Virus record (IMG/VR): IMGVR_UViG_3300042541_001363
Coordinates: 1 to 64,000 of that record
Reading direction: 5' to 3' (one strand)
DNA: 64,000 nt
DNA from: a virus
Lineage: Duplodnaviria > Caudoviricetes
Shown: piece after piece, positions 49,460 through 61,622 of the stretch
Numbering within the stretch: position 1 is the first letter of the stretch
Layout of the letters: every line of letters begins with the position of its first letter
Program-made: the position numbers and the translations under genes
The notes under the pieces: generated by a model
Seen by the model: the letters and a program-made list of their open reading frames with translations, nothing else
Told to the model about the DNA's origin: nothing
Database searches by the model: none

Positions 49460-52045
49460 ATGGCAAATAGAAAAAATACGTTTTTAATTAAACGTTCAAA
49501 TATCGCTGGAAAAATACCAGCAGCTGGTGACTTACAATTAGGAGAATTAGCTTTAAATACAGCTGATAATATACTTTATGCATCTGGAACCACAGCAAAC
49601 TCAATACTTCCAATAGGTTGGGATAGAGTTGCTAGGACTGGTGATACAATGACTGGTAGTTTATACGCACCTTCTATTTATGCCACAACAATATCTGCTA
49701 CAACATACCTTAATTTACCACCAGCTACTTTTAGTGGAGGTACAGTAACTGGACCAACTAATTTTACAAACGGATTAACAGCCAATACTATGAGTGCTAC
49801 AACTTATTATGGTGATGGTTCTAATCTAACTGGTATATCGGCAGTAGCGACTGAATTCGTGGTTAATTGTCGTAACCAAAGTGGTTCTAATATGTATAGA
49901 GGTCAAGTAGTATATATGAATGGTTCAACGGGAAATAAACCTACAATACTATTAGCACAAGCGAACTCTGAGATGACATCAGCCAGAACATTTGGTGTAT
50001 TAAAAAATGATATTGCTAACAATGGTAATGGTGATGTAGTAACAATTGGTTCAATAACTAATTTAGATACAAGAACTTCTGCAACACATCCATTCACAAT
50101 AGATACTTTATCTGATGGACAAACAATTTATTTATCCCCAACTAATGCTGGTTATATTACAAATGTTAAACCATACGCACCAAATCATTTAGTTTATATT
50201 GGTAAGGTAGTTAGAACTTCTCCAACTAATGGATATATAGAATATCAAATTCAAAATGGGTATGAATTAGATGAATTACACGATGTTAAAATAACTGGGG
50301 TAACATATGGTGATTTGTTAACATATTCAGCATATAATGGTAGTAATGTTTGGGTTAATAGTAAAACTCTTAATGGTTCTTATACTGTAACTGGTGATAC
50401 AAGTGTTGGTGGTCAGATGAAAGCTACAACAGTTTCAGCTACAACATATTATAATTTACCAACTGACATAAGAGTTACTGGTGGTACTTATTCTAATAAT
50501 ACATTTACATATACAAATAATACTGGTGGTACATTCAGCACATTGTTTAATACAATGACTGGATTGACAATAACTGGTAATTTAACTGTAACTGGTGGTA
50601 CTCAATCAATATTTAGTGGTAATTCATCATCTGACCTAGTTAGAATAACACAAACTGGTACTGGAAATGCATTTGTTATCGAAGATTCTAATAATCCAGA
50701 CTCAACACCATTTGTGATTGATGCTAATGGCAGAGTTGGTATAGGTGGTGTAAGTCTATCTGAAAAGTTAAATATAGATGGAAATGTAAGTTTAATTAGT
50801 TCCGCCTCCACAAAAATAAATATAGAATCTGGAGCTGGTGTAAAAACCTATTTAGCGGCAGATGGTGCTGGTACATCATTTGGGTCTTTAAGTAATCATG
50901 ATGTTGTATTCTATAGGAATAACTCTGAATTCGCTCGTAGAACAGAAACTGGATTTGGAATTGGTACAACAACTCCAGGAGCAAATTTAGAAGTTTACGG
51001 TGTATCAGATAGTGTAGCATTAATTAAATCTGCTGGTAATTCATATCTTAAATTAAATCGTGGAATTCTTGCCGCAGATGCACATATATCATTTGATACT
51101 ACAACAACACAAAAGCATATTATAGGTTTAATTAATAATACAGATTCATTAATAGTTGGTGGTACTGAAGCTGCTCCAGTAATTACGGTATCTGGTTCTA
51201 ATGTTGGTATTGGTACAACAACGCCATCAGAAAAATTGGTTGTTAATGGTAACGCTATTATAACTGGTTCAATAACTGTAACTGGAGGAACTCAATCATT
51301 ATTTTCTGGAAATAGTTCAGTTGAGATGGTCAAAATAATACAAGCTGGTTCTGGTGATGCATTTGTTGTTCAAGACCAAGCTAACGGTGACCCTTCGCAT
51401 TTTGTTATCAACGCAAGTGGTAACACAGCTATTGGTTTAACAGCACCTATAGGTAATGATAAATTAACAGTATCTGGAAATACAACAGTATACGGAACAC
51501 TATCTGCAACAACATACACTGGTGCTGGCATAAATAATGGTAAAATACTTGCAATAACTGAATTAACAGCTTCAACACTTGCTACACACACTGTAGCTAG
51601 TTCATCAGTTTTTACCGTAATTAACTGTAATTCAGACGCTACTAATAGATACGCTAAAACAACATTTACAGCACCATCAAGTGGTATTGTTGAAATTACA
51701 GTTAATGCAGATATTATATTTTTAAATAGTTCAGCTGTTCAAATGATAGGTTTACATTCAACAACAGCATCAACCACTACACCAGACAAAGGTTGGTTTA
51801 GGATAAATGGTGATGCTGATGGTAGTTCAGCTTCATATAGTGCGTCATTTATATTAAGTGGTTTAACACCATCTACAATATATTCATATTATGTTATGAC
51901 AGTATGTGATTTTAGTGGTAATATAGTTAGATGTGGTAGTAGACAAACTGGAGCGTATGTTTCTAGTGCTGATAGACCATCACCATTAAGAATATATGTA
52001 AGAGATATAGGAACAACAACTATAACAACAAACCCTTCATCTTAA
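49460..52045 (+). CDS. Tail fibre protein with Mtd_N-like N-terminus
   Basis: KRSNIAGKIP...LGELALNTAD; VGIGTT(T)P repeats; modules shared with 27513 and 46102. Confidence 0.8.
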   Translation: MANRKNTFLIKRSNIAGKIPAAGDLQLGELALNTADNILYASGTTANSILPIGWDRVARTGDTMTGSLYAPSIYATTISATTYLNLPPATFSGGTVTGPTNFTNGLTANTMSATTYYGDGSNLTGISAVATEFVVNCRNQSGSNMYRGQVVYMNGSTGNKPTILLAQANSEMTSARTFGVLKNDIANNGNGDVVTIGSITNLDTRTSATHPFTIDTLSDGQTIYLSPTNAGYITNVKPYAPNHLVYIGKVVRTSPTNGYIEYQIQNGYELDELHDVKITGVTYGDLLTYSAYNGSNVWVNSKTLNGSYTVTGDTSVGGQMKATTVSATTYYNLPTDIRVTGGTYSNNTFTYTNNTGGTFSTLFNTMTGLTITGNLTVTGGTQSIFSGNSSSDLVRITQTGTGNAFVIEDSNNPDSTPFVIDANGRVGIGGVSLSEKLNIDGNVSLISSASTKINIESGAGVKTYLAADGAGTSFGSLSNHDVVFYRNNSEFARRTETGFGIGTTTPGANLEVYGVSDSVALIKSAGNSYLKLNRGILAADAHISFDTTTTQKHIIGLINNTDSLIVGGTEAAPVITVSGSNVGIGTTTPSEKLVVNGNAIITGSITVTGGTQSLFSGNSSVEMVKIIQAGSGDAFVVQDQANGDPSHFVINASGNTAIGLTAPIGNDKLTVSGNTTVYGTLSATTYTGAGINNGKILAITELTASTLATHTVASSSVFTVINCNSDATNRYAKTTFTAPSSGIVEITVNADIIFLNSSAVQMIGLHSTTASTTTPDKGWFRINGDADGSSASYSASFILSGLTPSTIYSYYVMTVCDFSGNIVRCGSRQTGAYVSSADRPSPLRIYVRDIGTTTITTNPSS

Positions 52046-52092
52046 AAATATATATGGTGGAACTTGATGAAACGGTGGTATAGGATTGGTTA

Positions 52093-53550
52093 TTATCGCA
52101 TGTTGTGTAATATTTTTAAAGTATATTTTTTATTACCACAATCATAGATTCTATTAAAACCCCTTTCTTCCATTATTTCACGTTCCGTTTTGTTTTTATC
52201 AAAACCTTCTTTAACTAGAACGTCTTTTCTGTATTTAAATCTATATTCTCGTTTACCTTTATTAATATAGAAATAATTTGGTTTTGAATTATGTATGAAC
52301 TCAAACCCTAATTTTTTATACAACCCACCTTGACTCCATCTTCTATCCGCATAACTAATAATTTCTTTTGGTTTATATGTTTTTATAAAATACTTAAGTA
52401 ACTTATCAGCCCCTCCAATAACCGTTGTATCTAGTTTATTACAGAATCTAAATAATTCATATGCGTCTTCAATTGATTTATTTCCCATTGATTTTCTTAA
52501 ACAACCAAATGTCATCAACGAAACTAACTCATCATTATAATATAAACCTATATTATATTTAGAATTAATACCACCTTGAATATGGTTATTGTTAAGAAAT
52601 TCTTTAGCTTCTTTTGAAGATATCTCTTTAATAATACATTTTCTACCGTATATTTTGATAGGTGTTAATCCTAAGATATTCATTAATCTAGATTTAACTA
52701 TATCTTGTTTATCTCTCCATTCATCTTCAAATATGTGAATTAATTGTATTCCTTGTTGTTCACATAACTCAGTTTTATTCAAATGGTAATTATTTATTGT
52801 AAATTTATCAGAATGCCAATATAAACCATCAAATTCGATTGCTAAATTATATGATGGGATGTATATATCTAATTCTAATGGTTGTATTATTTTTCTAGTG
52901 TTTTCTTCAAATAATAATTTTAATGAAGAAATAAATTCTTTAACTTCACCTTCTAATTTATCATAAACTAAACCACATTTAGGGCAACCTTTACCAGATA
53001 AATGTGAATAAGGAGCTTGTTCAAAAATACCATGCTCAACACAAATAAATTTTGTTTTAGTATGTGAATTAACATAATTTACCAATGAATAATCATATTT
53101 ATCATTATGTTTTTCTTTGGCTTCATTAATAAATATATTATTAGATTTTATGCTTTTTTCTTTAATCTTTTCAATACCACAAAAGTAACAACCTTGACCT
53201 AGTAAATGTTTACTAGGGTTTTGTTCAAATTCACCATGTATCGGACATATTATTTTTACTTTTGTGTTTGCATTAACATAGTTTGTTTTACTATACACAT
53301 ATTTACTATCATGTATTAATAAAGACTTATTAATAAAATCTTCATTGGTTTTTGTTTGATTTTGATTGGCACATTTCTTACAGCTACTACCCTTTAAATG
53401 ATTATTTGGTGTTTGTTCAAATTCACCATGTATTGGGCATATTATTTTTACCTTAATATTATTCTTTATATAATCAACATTATTATAATCATATCGTTCA
53501 CCGTGTATTAATTTTGCTGTATTGATAAATTTTATTGTTTTACTCACCAT
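52093..53550 (-). mobile_element. Hef-like homing endonuclease 2
   Basis: Three DUF723-type repeats; ELDIYIPSYNLAIEFDGLYWHS; same C-domain. Confidence 0.8.
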
Positions 53551-53855
53551 ACAAGTCTTTTGGTATTACACATTTATTTTTAATTATAGTTTCTACAAAT
53601 GCAAACATTTTTAAATCATTAATCTCACAATATTTTTTTAAAATATTATGGGTTTCATCAGTTATTTTTAGGTTTTTATTTCGCTTTATTTCTCTTTTCA
53701 TATATTATTTTATTATAAGTATGACAAAAATATGAAAAAAATATGATAAAAACAAATAAATAATAAAAAATTATTATTCTTTTGAAAAAAAGCTGAATAT
53801 TTATAATAAAATTGAATAAAGTAAATAATAACAAAAACAAAAACAAAATAAAATT

Positions 53856-56708
53856 ATGCCAAATCAAGTATTCGTAAGTCCAGGTGTTTATACATCAGAA
53901 AGAGACTTAACATTTATAACACGTAACGTTGGTGTTACAACTTTAGGTATGGTTGGTGAGACTAAAATAGGTCCAGCGTTCCAACCTATTTTTATTACCA
54001 ATTATGGTGAATTCCAATCATTCTTTGGTGGTTTAGATGCTACTATCGTTAAAGATAATGGTGCACCAAAATATGAGTTACCTTATATCGCAAAATCATA
54101 CTTATCACAATCAAACCAATTATTCGTAACAAGAGTATTAGGGTTTTCTGGTTTTGATGCTGGTTTGGCTTGGGGTATTGCGTTAGATGCTGCAATGGAT
54201 AATACAACAGTTTTTGAAACAGCAACCAATGTATCATACGCACCATTAATTAGCTATACAGCTACATCTGCTGGCACAATTGTTACTCTTGTATCTACTG
54301 AACCTACAATCCAAACCCTTATTAATGAAGGTTTAATAAGTAGTCAATTAGCGTTCTTAGGTAATGCATCTGTCGGTGCTACAGCTAATATCTCACAAAC
54401 ATTTTATAAAAGTGGTTCAGTATTCTATGGTGCTAGTTTTAGTTTGTCAGTTAATGCTAATAACTTATTAACACATGGTACTTCACCTATTACTGGTACT
54501 ACATCTGGTCTTGTTACTAAATTTAGTGGTTCTTCTTATTCTGATGTTGAAAATCAAATAATAGCGTTGTTACGTTCTAGAGGTTCTGTTGATACAACTT
54601 CTCAATTACCGTTGTTCGAAATTACTGGTTCAACTAATATTGGATTTGATTCTACAGTGGTTACATCTACTAATGACCCACTTGGATTATTTTCAATTAG
54701 TGGTACGTCAACTAAACAAGGTGATTTTGATTATACATTATCTTTTGATAGTACTAAAACTAATAAAATTACTAAAGTATTAGGAAGAAATAATGATGAT
54801 GGTAATACAGCATTGTTTGTTGAAGAGTATTTTGAAAACTTATTTAATACACATAATAAATTAGGTAAGATTAGAGGTATTAAACAAGCGTTGGTGCCTT
54901 ATGTTAATGATTTTAGTGATTATTTACAAGAATACCAACCAGCTATCACTCCATGGGTAGTTTCTGAATTACGTGGTAATAAAGTATTAAAATTATTTAG
55001 ATTTACAACTATTTCTGATGGTAATGCAGCAAATGAGCAATTTAAAATCTCTATTGTTAATATTAAACCAGATACCAAAGAATTTGATGTTCGTGTTAGA
55101 AGTTTCTACGATACAGATGCTTCACCAGTGGTGTTGGAATCTTTCTCAAAATGTGTTATGGACCCATCAGCTAATAATTATATTGGTAGAATGATTGGTA
55201 CATTAGATGGTGTATATACTTCTAAATCTGCTTATGTGTTGATAGAAATTGATGACACAACAAACAATAGTGATGCATTCCCAGCTGGTTTTGTTGGATA
55301 TCCAATACGTGATTACCAAACTAACTCAAATAATACAGTTGTTAATCCATCTATGTTATATAAAACTAAATATGAACCATTTGAAAAGATAAATAAAATA
55401 TTTTTAGGTCTTTCTAATAGTGTTGGTATTGATGCTGACTTCTTTGATTACAAAGGTATACCTCAAACTACAAACCCTAATGTATGGACTGGTTTAACTA
55501 ACGGTTTCCATATGGATAATGCTGCTTCTGCTGTAACTATCGATAACGTAAAAGTAATAATTAATAATTCTGGTGATACATACTCACCAACGTTTAAATT
55601 TGATACTGGTAATTGGCAGTTTAGAACTGAATCTGGATTGATTAATGGTCCTTACGAAAAATTATACGCACGTAAATTCACATTTGTACCTTTCGGTGGT
55701 TTTGATGGATGGGATGATTATAGAACAAGAAGAACAAACACTGATAGATATACAATCAACGGTACTTATGGTGCTGCTGGTCTTTCTAACGGTACGACTT
55801 TCAAAAATAGAACACTTACTAGTGGAGATTTAGGTATCAATTCTGATTACTATGCTTACTTAGAAGCTATTTGGACATTTAAAAATCCAGAAGCTGTTAA
55901 TATCAACGTGTTTACAACACCAGGTATTGATAATTGGGATAACACTAACTTAATCGAGGCTGCAATTGATATGACTGAAATGGATAGAGCTGACTCATTG
56001 TACATCATGACAACACCAGATACTTCTGCTGATGGTCAAATATTAGATGTAAATGAAGTTGTTGATAGATTAGATGGTAACTTTGATAGTAACTACTCTT
56101 GTACTTATTGGCCATGGATTCAAATAAATGATGCTGAAAATAACGTGCTTATATACGTTCCACCAACACGTGACGTAGTAAGAAACATTGCCTTGACTGA
56201 CAACATTTCTTACCCATGGTTCGCGGTTGCTGGGGTTAATAGAGGTGATGTTGACGCTATTCAAGCAAGAGCTAAATTAACACTTGCTGGTAGAGATGTT
56301 CTTTATGAAAATAGAATTAACCCAATAGCTACTTTCGCATCTGATGGTATCAAAATATGGGGTAATAAAACTCTTCAAGTTAAAGAAACAGCTCTTAATA
56401 GAATCAACGTTAGACGTTTATTGTTACAAGCTAGAAAACTTGTTTCTGCTGTAGGTATCAGATTGTTGTTCGAACAAAACGATACTATCGTAAGAAACCA
56501 ATTCTTAAGCCAAGTTAACCCAATCTTAGACAATATTAGAAGTCAAAGAGGTTTAACAGACTTTAGAGTCGTTCTTTCAAATGACCCAGAAGATTTTGAT
56601 AAAAACCAATTGGTGGGTCAAATCTTCTTGAAACCAACGCGAGCTTTAGAGTTTATTCAGGTGGAATTTATAATAATGAATACTGGGGCTTCATTTAATA
56701 ATATTTAA
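53856..56708 (+). CDS. gp18: Contractile tail sheath protein
   Basis: VSPGVYTSERDL, YWPWIQ, VPP...WFAVAG.NRG, LYENRINPI, WGNKT, RINVRRL, FEQND, KPTRALEFI. Confidence 0.95.
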   Translation: MPNQVFVSPGVYTSERDLTFITRNVGVTTLGMVGETKIGPAFQPIFITNYGEFQSFFGGLDATIVKDNGAPKYELPYIAKSYLSQSNQLFVTRVLGFSGFDAGLAWGIALDAAMDNTTVFETATNVSYAPLISYTATSAGTIVTLVSTEPTIQTLINEGLISSQLAFLGNASVGATANISQTFYKSGSVFYGASFSLSVNANNLLTHGTSPITGTTSGLVTKFSGSSYSDVENQIIALLRSRGSVDTTSQLPLFEITGSTNIGFDSTVVTSTNDPLGLFSISGTSTKQGDFDYTLSFDSTKTNKITKVLGRNNDDGNTALFVEEYFENLFNTHNKLGKIRGIKQALVPYVNDFSDYLQEYQPAITPWVVSELRGNKVLKLFRFTTISDGNAANEQFKISIVNIKPDTKEFDVRVRSFYDTDASPVVLESFSKCVMDPSANNYIGRMIGTLDGVYTSKSAYVLIEIDDTTNNSDAFPAGFVGYPIRDYQTNSNNTVVNPSMLYKTKYEPFEKINKIFLGLSNSVGIDADFFDYKGIPQTTNPNVWTGLTNGFHMDNAASAVTIDNVKVIINNSGDTYSPTFKFDTGNWQFRTESGLINGPYEKLYARKFTFVPFGGFDGWDDYRTRRTNTDRYTINGTYGAAGLSNGTTFKNRTLTSGDLGINSDYYAYLEAIWTFKNPEAVNINVFTTPGIDNWDNTNLIEAAIDMTEMDRADSLYIMTTPDTSADGQILDVNEVVDRLDGNFDSNYSCTYWPWIQINDAENNVLIYVPPTRDVVRNIALTDNISYPWFAVAGVNRGDVDAIQARAKLTLAGRDVLYENRINPIATFASDGIKIWGNKTLQVKETALNRINVRRLLLQARKLVSAVGIRLLFEQNDTIVRNQFLSQVNPILDNIRSQRGLTDFRVVLSNDPEDFDKNQLVGQIFLKPTRALEFIQVEFIIMNTGASFNNI

Positions 56709-56726
56709 AATAACCCAAATAAAAAT

Positions 56727-56760
56727 AAAAAACCCTAACTTAATAAGTTGGGGTTTTTTT
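56727..56760. terminator. Bidirectional terminator
   Basis: aaaaaaccctaactt-aat-aagttggggttttttt. Confidence 0.8.
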
Positions 56761-58551
56761 ATATACCATAGTTCCGCAATCATATATTCTATATATTTTC
56801 CTTTCTAGCATTATTTGATGCTCTGTAAGGTCTTTATTGTACCCTTGATTAACTAGTATTGATTTTCTAAAACCAAATCTATGTTTTCTTTTATTATTTA
56901 TTATATAGTGATAATTAGGATTACTATTATGGGTGTTTATAAATTTTAATTTATTATATAACCCACCTTGACTCCATCTTCTATCAGCGTAGCTAATAAT
57001 TTCTATGGGTTTATATGTTTTTATGAAATATTTTAATAACTTATCAGCTCCACCAATAACTGTTGTATCTAGTTTGTTGCAGAATCTAAGTAATTCGTAT
57101 TGATTTGAGTCACCACCCATAGCTATCCTACCCTTACCAAATGTCATCAAAGATACTAACTCATCATTATAATACAACCCTAGTTTGATGCTTGAGTTGA
57201 CGTTGCCTTGAATATGATTGGTATCTAAAAACTCTTTAGAATATTTAGGTGACACTTCTTTTACAACTGTTTTCCTAGCGTATATTTTATTGGGTGTTAA
57301 TCCTAAGATATTTGATAGTCTAGATTTAACTATATCTTGTTTATCTCTCCACTCGTCTTCAAATATGTGAATTAATTGTATACCTTTTTTCTCACATAAT
57401 TCGGTTTTATTTAGATGATAGTTTGATGGTTTATGTATTTCAGAATGCCAATATAAACCATCAAATTCGATTGCTAGGTTATGTGATGGTATGTATATAT
57501 CTAATTCTAATGGTGATATTATTTTTTTAGTATTTTCAATATATACCACACCAATTGATTTGATAAACTCTTTCACTTCACCTTCAGATTTATCATAATT
57601 TAAACCGCATTTAGGACAACCACAACCTCTTAAATGTGAATCAGCTAATTGTGAAAATTCACCATGTTCTGAACATATAATATTTACATAATCTTTACAA
57701 TTAAGGTAGTTAGATAATGAATAATCATATCTATTGTTATGTGTTAAATTAGCTTCTATTATAAACTCTTCAGTTGTTTTTGTTTTCTTTTCAGTTATTG
57801 ATAACCCTTTGCATTTTGGGCATCCATTACCACCTAAATGATTATTTGGTGCTTGCTCAAATTCACCATGAATTGGGCATATAATTTTAATTTTATTTTT
57901 GCTATTTGTATAATTAACAAGTGAATAATCATATTTATCACTATGTGTTTTTTTAGCTTTTTCTATAAATAAAGTTGCATCCATAAAATACCCACTACAT
58001 TTTGGACAACCATGACCTTTTTTATGTGTATTAAATGTCTGTTCAAATATACCATGTTCTTTACATCTAATCTTAATAGGTGTTTTTTCAGATACGTATT
58101 CAACCATTGAATAATCGTATTTATCACCATGGACTTGTTTTAATGCATTAATAACATCATTATTGTCTTTATCTCTACCAAAACATTTTGGACAGTTGCT
58201 ACCACTCATATGAAGTTTAGCATATTGTTTAAACTCACCATGTTCACTACAAATAATGGTAACATTACTATTAGCATTTTTATATTCACATAAAGAGTAA
58301 TCATATTTATCACCATGTATTTTTTTTGATTTTTCAATAAATTCTTCTGGTGATATTTTATAATTAACACTACATTTAGGACAACCTTGCTTTCTACTTA
58401 TATGTTTTTCTGGTGTTTGTTCGAAAACACCATGCTCTGGACAAACTATTTTAACTTTCTTTTTAGTACTCACATATTCAACCAATGAATAATCATACTT
58501 ATTAGAATGTATTAAAATAGAACTCTCTTTAAACTTATTTAATTTTTCCAT
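56740..58551 (-). mobile_element. Hef-like homing endonuclease 3
   Basis: Five DUF723-type repeats; ELDIYIPSHNLAIEFDGLYWHS; same C-domain. Confidence 0.8.
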
Positions 58552-58555
58552 ATTA

Positions 58556-58587
58556 CAAATATACTAATAAATATTTAATAAGTCAAA
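58556..58587 (-). promoter_or_regulatory. Bacteroidota-type promoter (TTTG-N20-TATATTTG) only 4 nt upstream of the ATG
   Basis: caaatata 58556-58563, caaa 58584-58587. Confidence 0.7.
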
Positions 58588-58669
58588 CAATTAATTAATA
58601 TTTTGTCATTATTAATAATGGTGATGTTTTTTTTTTATTTATGTAGATATTTATAACTAAACACATAAT

Positions 58670-59074
58670 ATGAAATTAAGGATAACTACAGAGCAATATA
58701 ATGCTATTTTGATTAGAGAACAAAAAGAACGTTCTGATAAACAACAATTAACTGAAAATGTTCTTATGGGTTTTTCTAAGATGATTGGTGTTCCTTTGAC
58801 TGGTAGAAACAAAATTGATGCTGAGAAAGCATTGGATGATAAAGATACTATTTTGAAGATTAAAAACACACTTGAAGATAAGGGTAAATTAAAATCATTG
58901 GTTGATTCATTGGAGGAAAAGGGTATGAAAGAACCTAATTCTAGGATTGCTAAAGACGCTCAGAAAATTATTGATGATTATAATGCTTTGGCTACTAAAA
59001 ATGGCTTAAAAGACATGTTAGGGTTAGATGCGTTAACAAATCTTAATGATTTAGATAAATCAACTAAGAATTAA
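58670..59074 (+). CDS. Hypothetical protein with MKLRITTEQY...LTE leader
   Basis: 134 aa; TATTTATA at 58648-58655. Confidence 0.7.
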   Translation: MKLRITTEQYNAILIREQKERSDKQQLTENVLMGFSKMIGVPLTGRNKIDAEKALDDKDTILKIKNTLEDKGKLKSLVDSLEEKGMKEPNSRIAKDAQKIIDDYNALATKNGLKDMLGLDALTNLNDLDKSTKN

Positions 59075-59370
59075 TCATTATTTTCTTCTAATATACCATA
59101 GATAAATTCAATTATTTCTGGAATACCGTATTTTTCTTGCCATTCACCTTCTTTTAGGTTTAATGTATCATATTTTTTATCATATAACACAAAGAGTTCT
59201 TCACTAGAAAGCTTATGTTCTATGTTATTTTTAATTAGAATGGATTTAACCAATCCACATATCATTTCACCAGTAATATAGGTTATCCAATCACATTCAT
59301 CTAATAGTTTATCCAAAGATTCGTTATATTGTGATAAAAGTTGTTTTTGTGTTATGTCTAATTTTTTCAT
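59071..59370 (-). CDS. Hypothetical protein, translationally coupled to the upstream endonuclease gene
   Basis: ATGA overlap at 59367-59370. Confidence 0.6.
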   Translation of the reverse strand: MKKLDITQKQLLSQYNESLDKLLDECDWITYITGEMICGLVKSILIKNNIEHKLSSEELFVLYDKKYDTLNLKEGEWQEKYGIPEIIEFIYGILEENND

Positions 59371-60920
59371 ATTTTAATTTTTTTACGATAAAGCATATTA
59401 CCACAATCATATATTCTATATATACCTCTTTCTAACATGATTTCACGTTCTGTTTTGATTGGGTCAAATCCTTCTTTGATTAATATGTCTTTTCTATATT
59501 TAAACCTATATTCTCTTTGTGTGCCTAATATATACCAATAGTTAGGTTTAGAATTATGAACAAACTCAAACCCTAATTTTTCATATAAATTGCCTTGACT
59601 CCATCTTCTATCAGCGTAGCTAATGATTTCTTTTGGGTTATGTGTCTTTATAAAGTATTTTAATAGTTTATCAGCACCTCCAATAATTGTTGTGTTTAAC
59701 TTATTACAAAACCTAAATAACTCATATGTACCATCGATGTTAGTAGCTCCCATTGATTTTCTTAATAATCCAAATGTCATAAGACTAACTAATTCATCAT
59801 TGTGATATAAACCTATTTTAATTTTAGCATTCACATTACCTTGTATGTGGTTATTATCTAAAAATACTTTAGAATCTTTAGGTGAGACTTCTTTTATAAC
59901 ACAATTTCTACCATATATTTTATTGGGTGTTAATCCTAGTATATTTGATAGTCTAGATTTAACTATCTCTTGTTTATTCAACCATTCATCTTCAAATACA
60001 TGTATTAATTTAATTCCTAAAGATTCACACAGTTCAGTTTTATTTAAATGATAATCATTATCTTTATATAACTCAGAATGCCAATATAAACCATTGTATT
60101 CAATGGCTAAGTTATGAGATTGGATGTATATATCTAGTTCTTTACCATTTAGTATTGTTCTATTGTTATTGGTAGGGGTTACGTTTAATGTTTCTAAGAA
60201 ATTAAAAAGTTCAGTTTCTGGATAACTTAAATTACTTTTTAAACTAACACATGTTTTACAAATTGGTATTTTATTTCTAAGTCTATAATTTATTTCATTG
60301 TTGTTGAATTCACTTATGTTTTCACAAGTTTCACATTTAATTTTATAAAGACCACAATCATTATTTATTATATTTATATTTGAGAATTTATCTTTATTTT
60401 CAATTCTAATTTTAACTTTTTTAGATTGTGCTGGGTATTCAGTACCATATTTTTTAATAGAGCCTTCTTTAAATATTTGTTTAACTCTATGTAATTTCAT
60501 TACATTATCAACACCGTATCTTTCTATATTTGTTTTTATTGTTTTTAATTTAATATCGTCAGACGAAAAAGGTGTTGAACCACCATATTTAACATTATTT
60601 GTTTTTTTTACATTTTCTTTATGTTCATTGTTTTTGTTTGTACATTTTAATGAACAATACTTACCATAGCCATTATTTAATGATTTACCAAATTTTAATT
60701 GGTTTTCACATTCTAAACATTTTGGGTGTTCTGTTTTGTTATTTAAGAAGTACCAAATTTTTTCTTTAAATGTATAATTTACCAATCCATGGGTATTAGA
60801 ATAGTTTATAATTTCATTATATAAATCATTAAATTTATTTTTTAACTTGTTTTCACACGTTTTCCAACCAGATTTATTATCTGTTAAAAAAAAATTAGAA
60901 TAATCAAGTTTATTTTCCAT
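59367..60920 (-). mobile_element. Hef-like homing endonuclease 4 (TDNKSGWKT N-terminal type)
   Basis: CxxC...CS.KC and KT..E(R/K)YG repeats; ELDIYIQSHNLAIEYNGLYWHS; same C-domain. Confidence 0.8.
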
Positions 60921-60937
60921 TTATAGATATTTATTAA

Positions 60938-60968
60938 CAAAGATACTAATATTTATCTTTAAAACAAA
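60938..60968 (-). promoter_or_regulatory. Bacteroidota-type promoter (TTTG-N19-TATCTTTG)
   Basis: caaagata 60938-60945, caaa 60965-60968. Confidence 0.6.
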
Positions 60969-61000
60969 TAAAATAACACAAAAAATTAAAATTTTATAAC

Positions 61001-61489
61001 ATGAGTGACTTATTAATGAAGATGCCGTTACCATATGAACCAAAGAAAAAGAATCGTTGGTTAATAACATTCCCTTCAGATTTAGGGATTCAACAATGGT
61101 GGTTATCATCAGCATCAAGACCTTCAATTTCACAAAGTGAAGTAGAAATACCTTTCCTAAACACATCTACATGGGTTATTGGTCGATTTACATGGGAATC
61201 AATTGATGTAACTTTCCGTGACCCGATTGGTCCATCTGCTGCACAAGCAATTATGGAATGGGTACGTTTACATTCTGAATCAATCACTGGTCGTCAAGGT
61301 TACGCGGCTGGATACAAGAGACCAGTTGAACTTGAAATGCTTGACCCAACGGGTGTTGTTATTGAGAAATGGTTATTGGATGGTACCATGTTAACGAACG
61401 TTGCATTCGGTGATTTATCGATGGACGACGATGGTATCGCAGAAATAACTACAACATTACGTTTTGATAGAGCAATATTACTATTTTAA
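61001..61489 (+). CDS. gp19: Tail tube protein
   Basis: YEPKKKNRW, RPS, IPFLN...GR.TWE.I.VTFRDPI, WVRL, MLDPTG...EKW.L.G, FGDL...LRFDRA. Confidence 0.9.
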   Translation: MSDLLMKMPLPYEPKKKNRWLITFPSDLGIQQWWLSSASRPSISQSEVEIPFLNTSTWVIGRFTWESIDVTFRDPIGPSAAQAIMEWVRLHSESITGRQGYAAGYKRPVELEMLDPTGVVIEKWLLDGTMLTNVAFGDLSMDDDGIAEITTTLRFDRAILLF

Positions 61490-61512
61490 AATATTGATAA
61501 TCAGAGATTTAC

Positions 61513-61553
61513 AAAATACCATATCATAATAAAACGATATGGTATTTTTTTTT
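61513..61553 (+). terminator. Intrinsic terminator after the tail tube gene
   Basis: aaaataccatatc...gatatggtatttt followed by a T tract. Confidence 0.75.
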
Positions 61554-61574
61554 ATATTAAATTTTCATTTATCC

Positions 61575-61605
61575 TTGTATACGTATATTTTTATCAGTAT
61601 ATTTG
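61575..61605 (+). promoter_or_regulatory. Bacteroidota-type promoter (TTG-N20-TATATTTG)
   Basis: ttg 61575-61577, tatatttg 61598-61605. Confidence 0.65.
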
Positions 61606-61622
61606 TATAAAAATAAAATATT

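Noticed and set aside
52046-52092. Relatively GC-rich 47-nt spacer between convergent genes
   Set aside because: No convincing hairpin, repeat or match elsewhere in the window; possibly a gene remnant but unsupported
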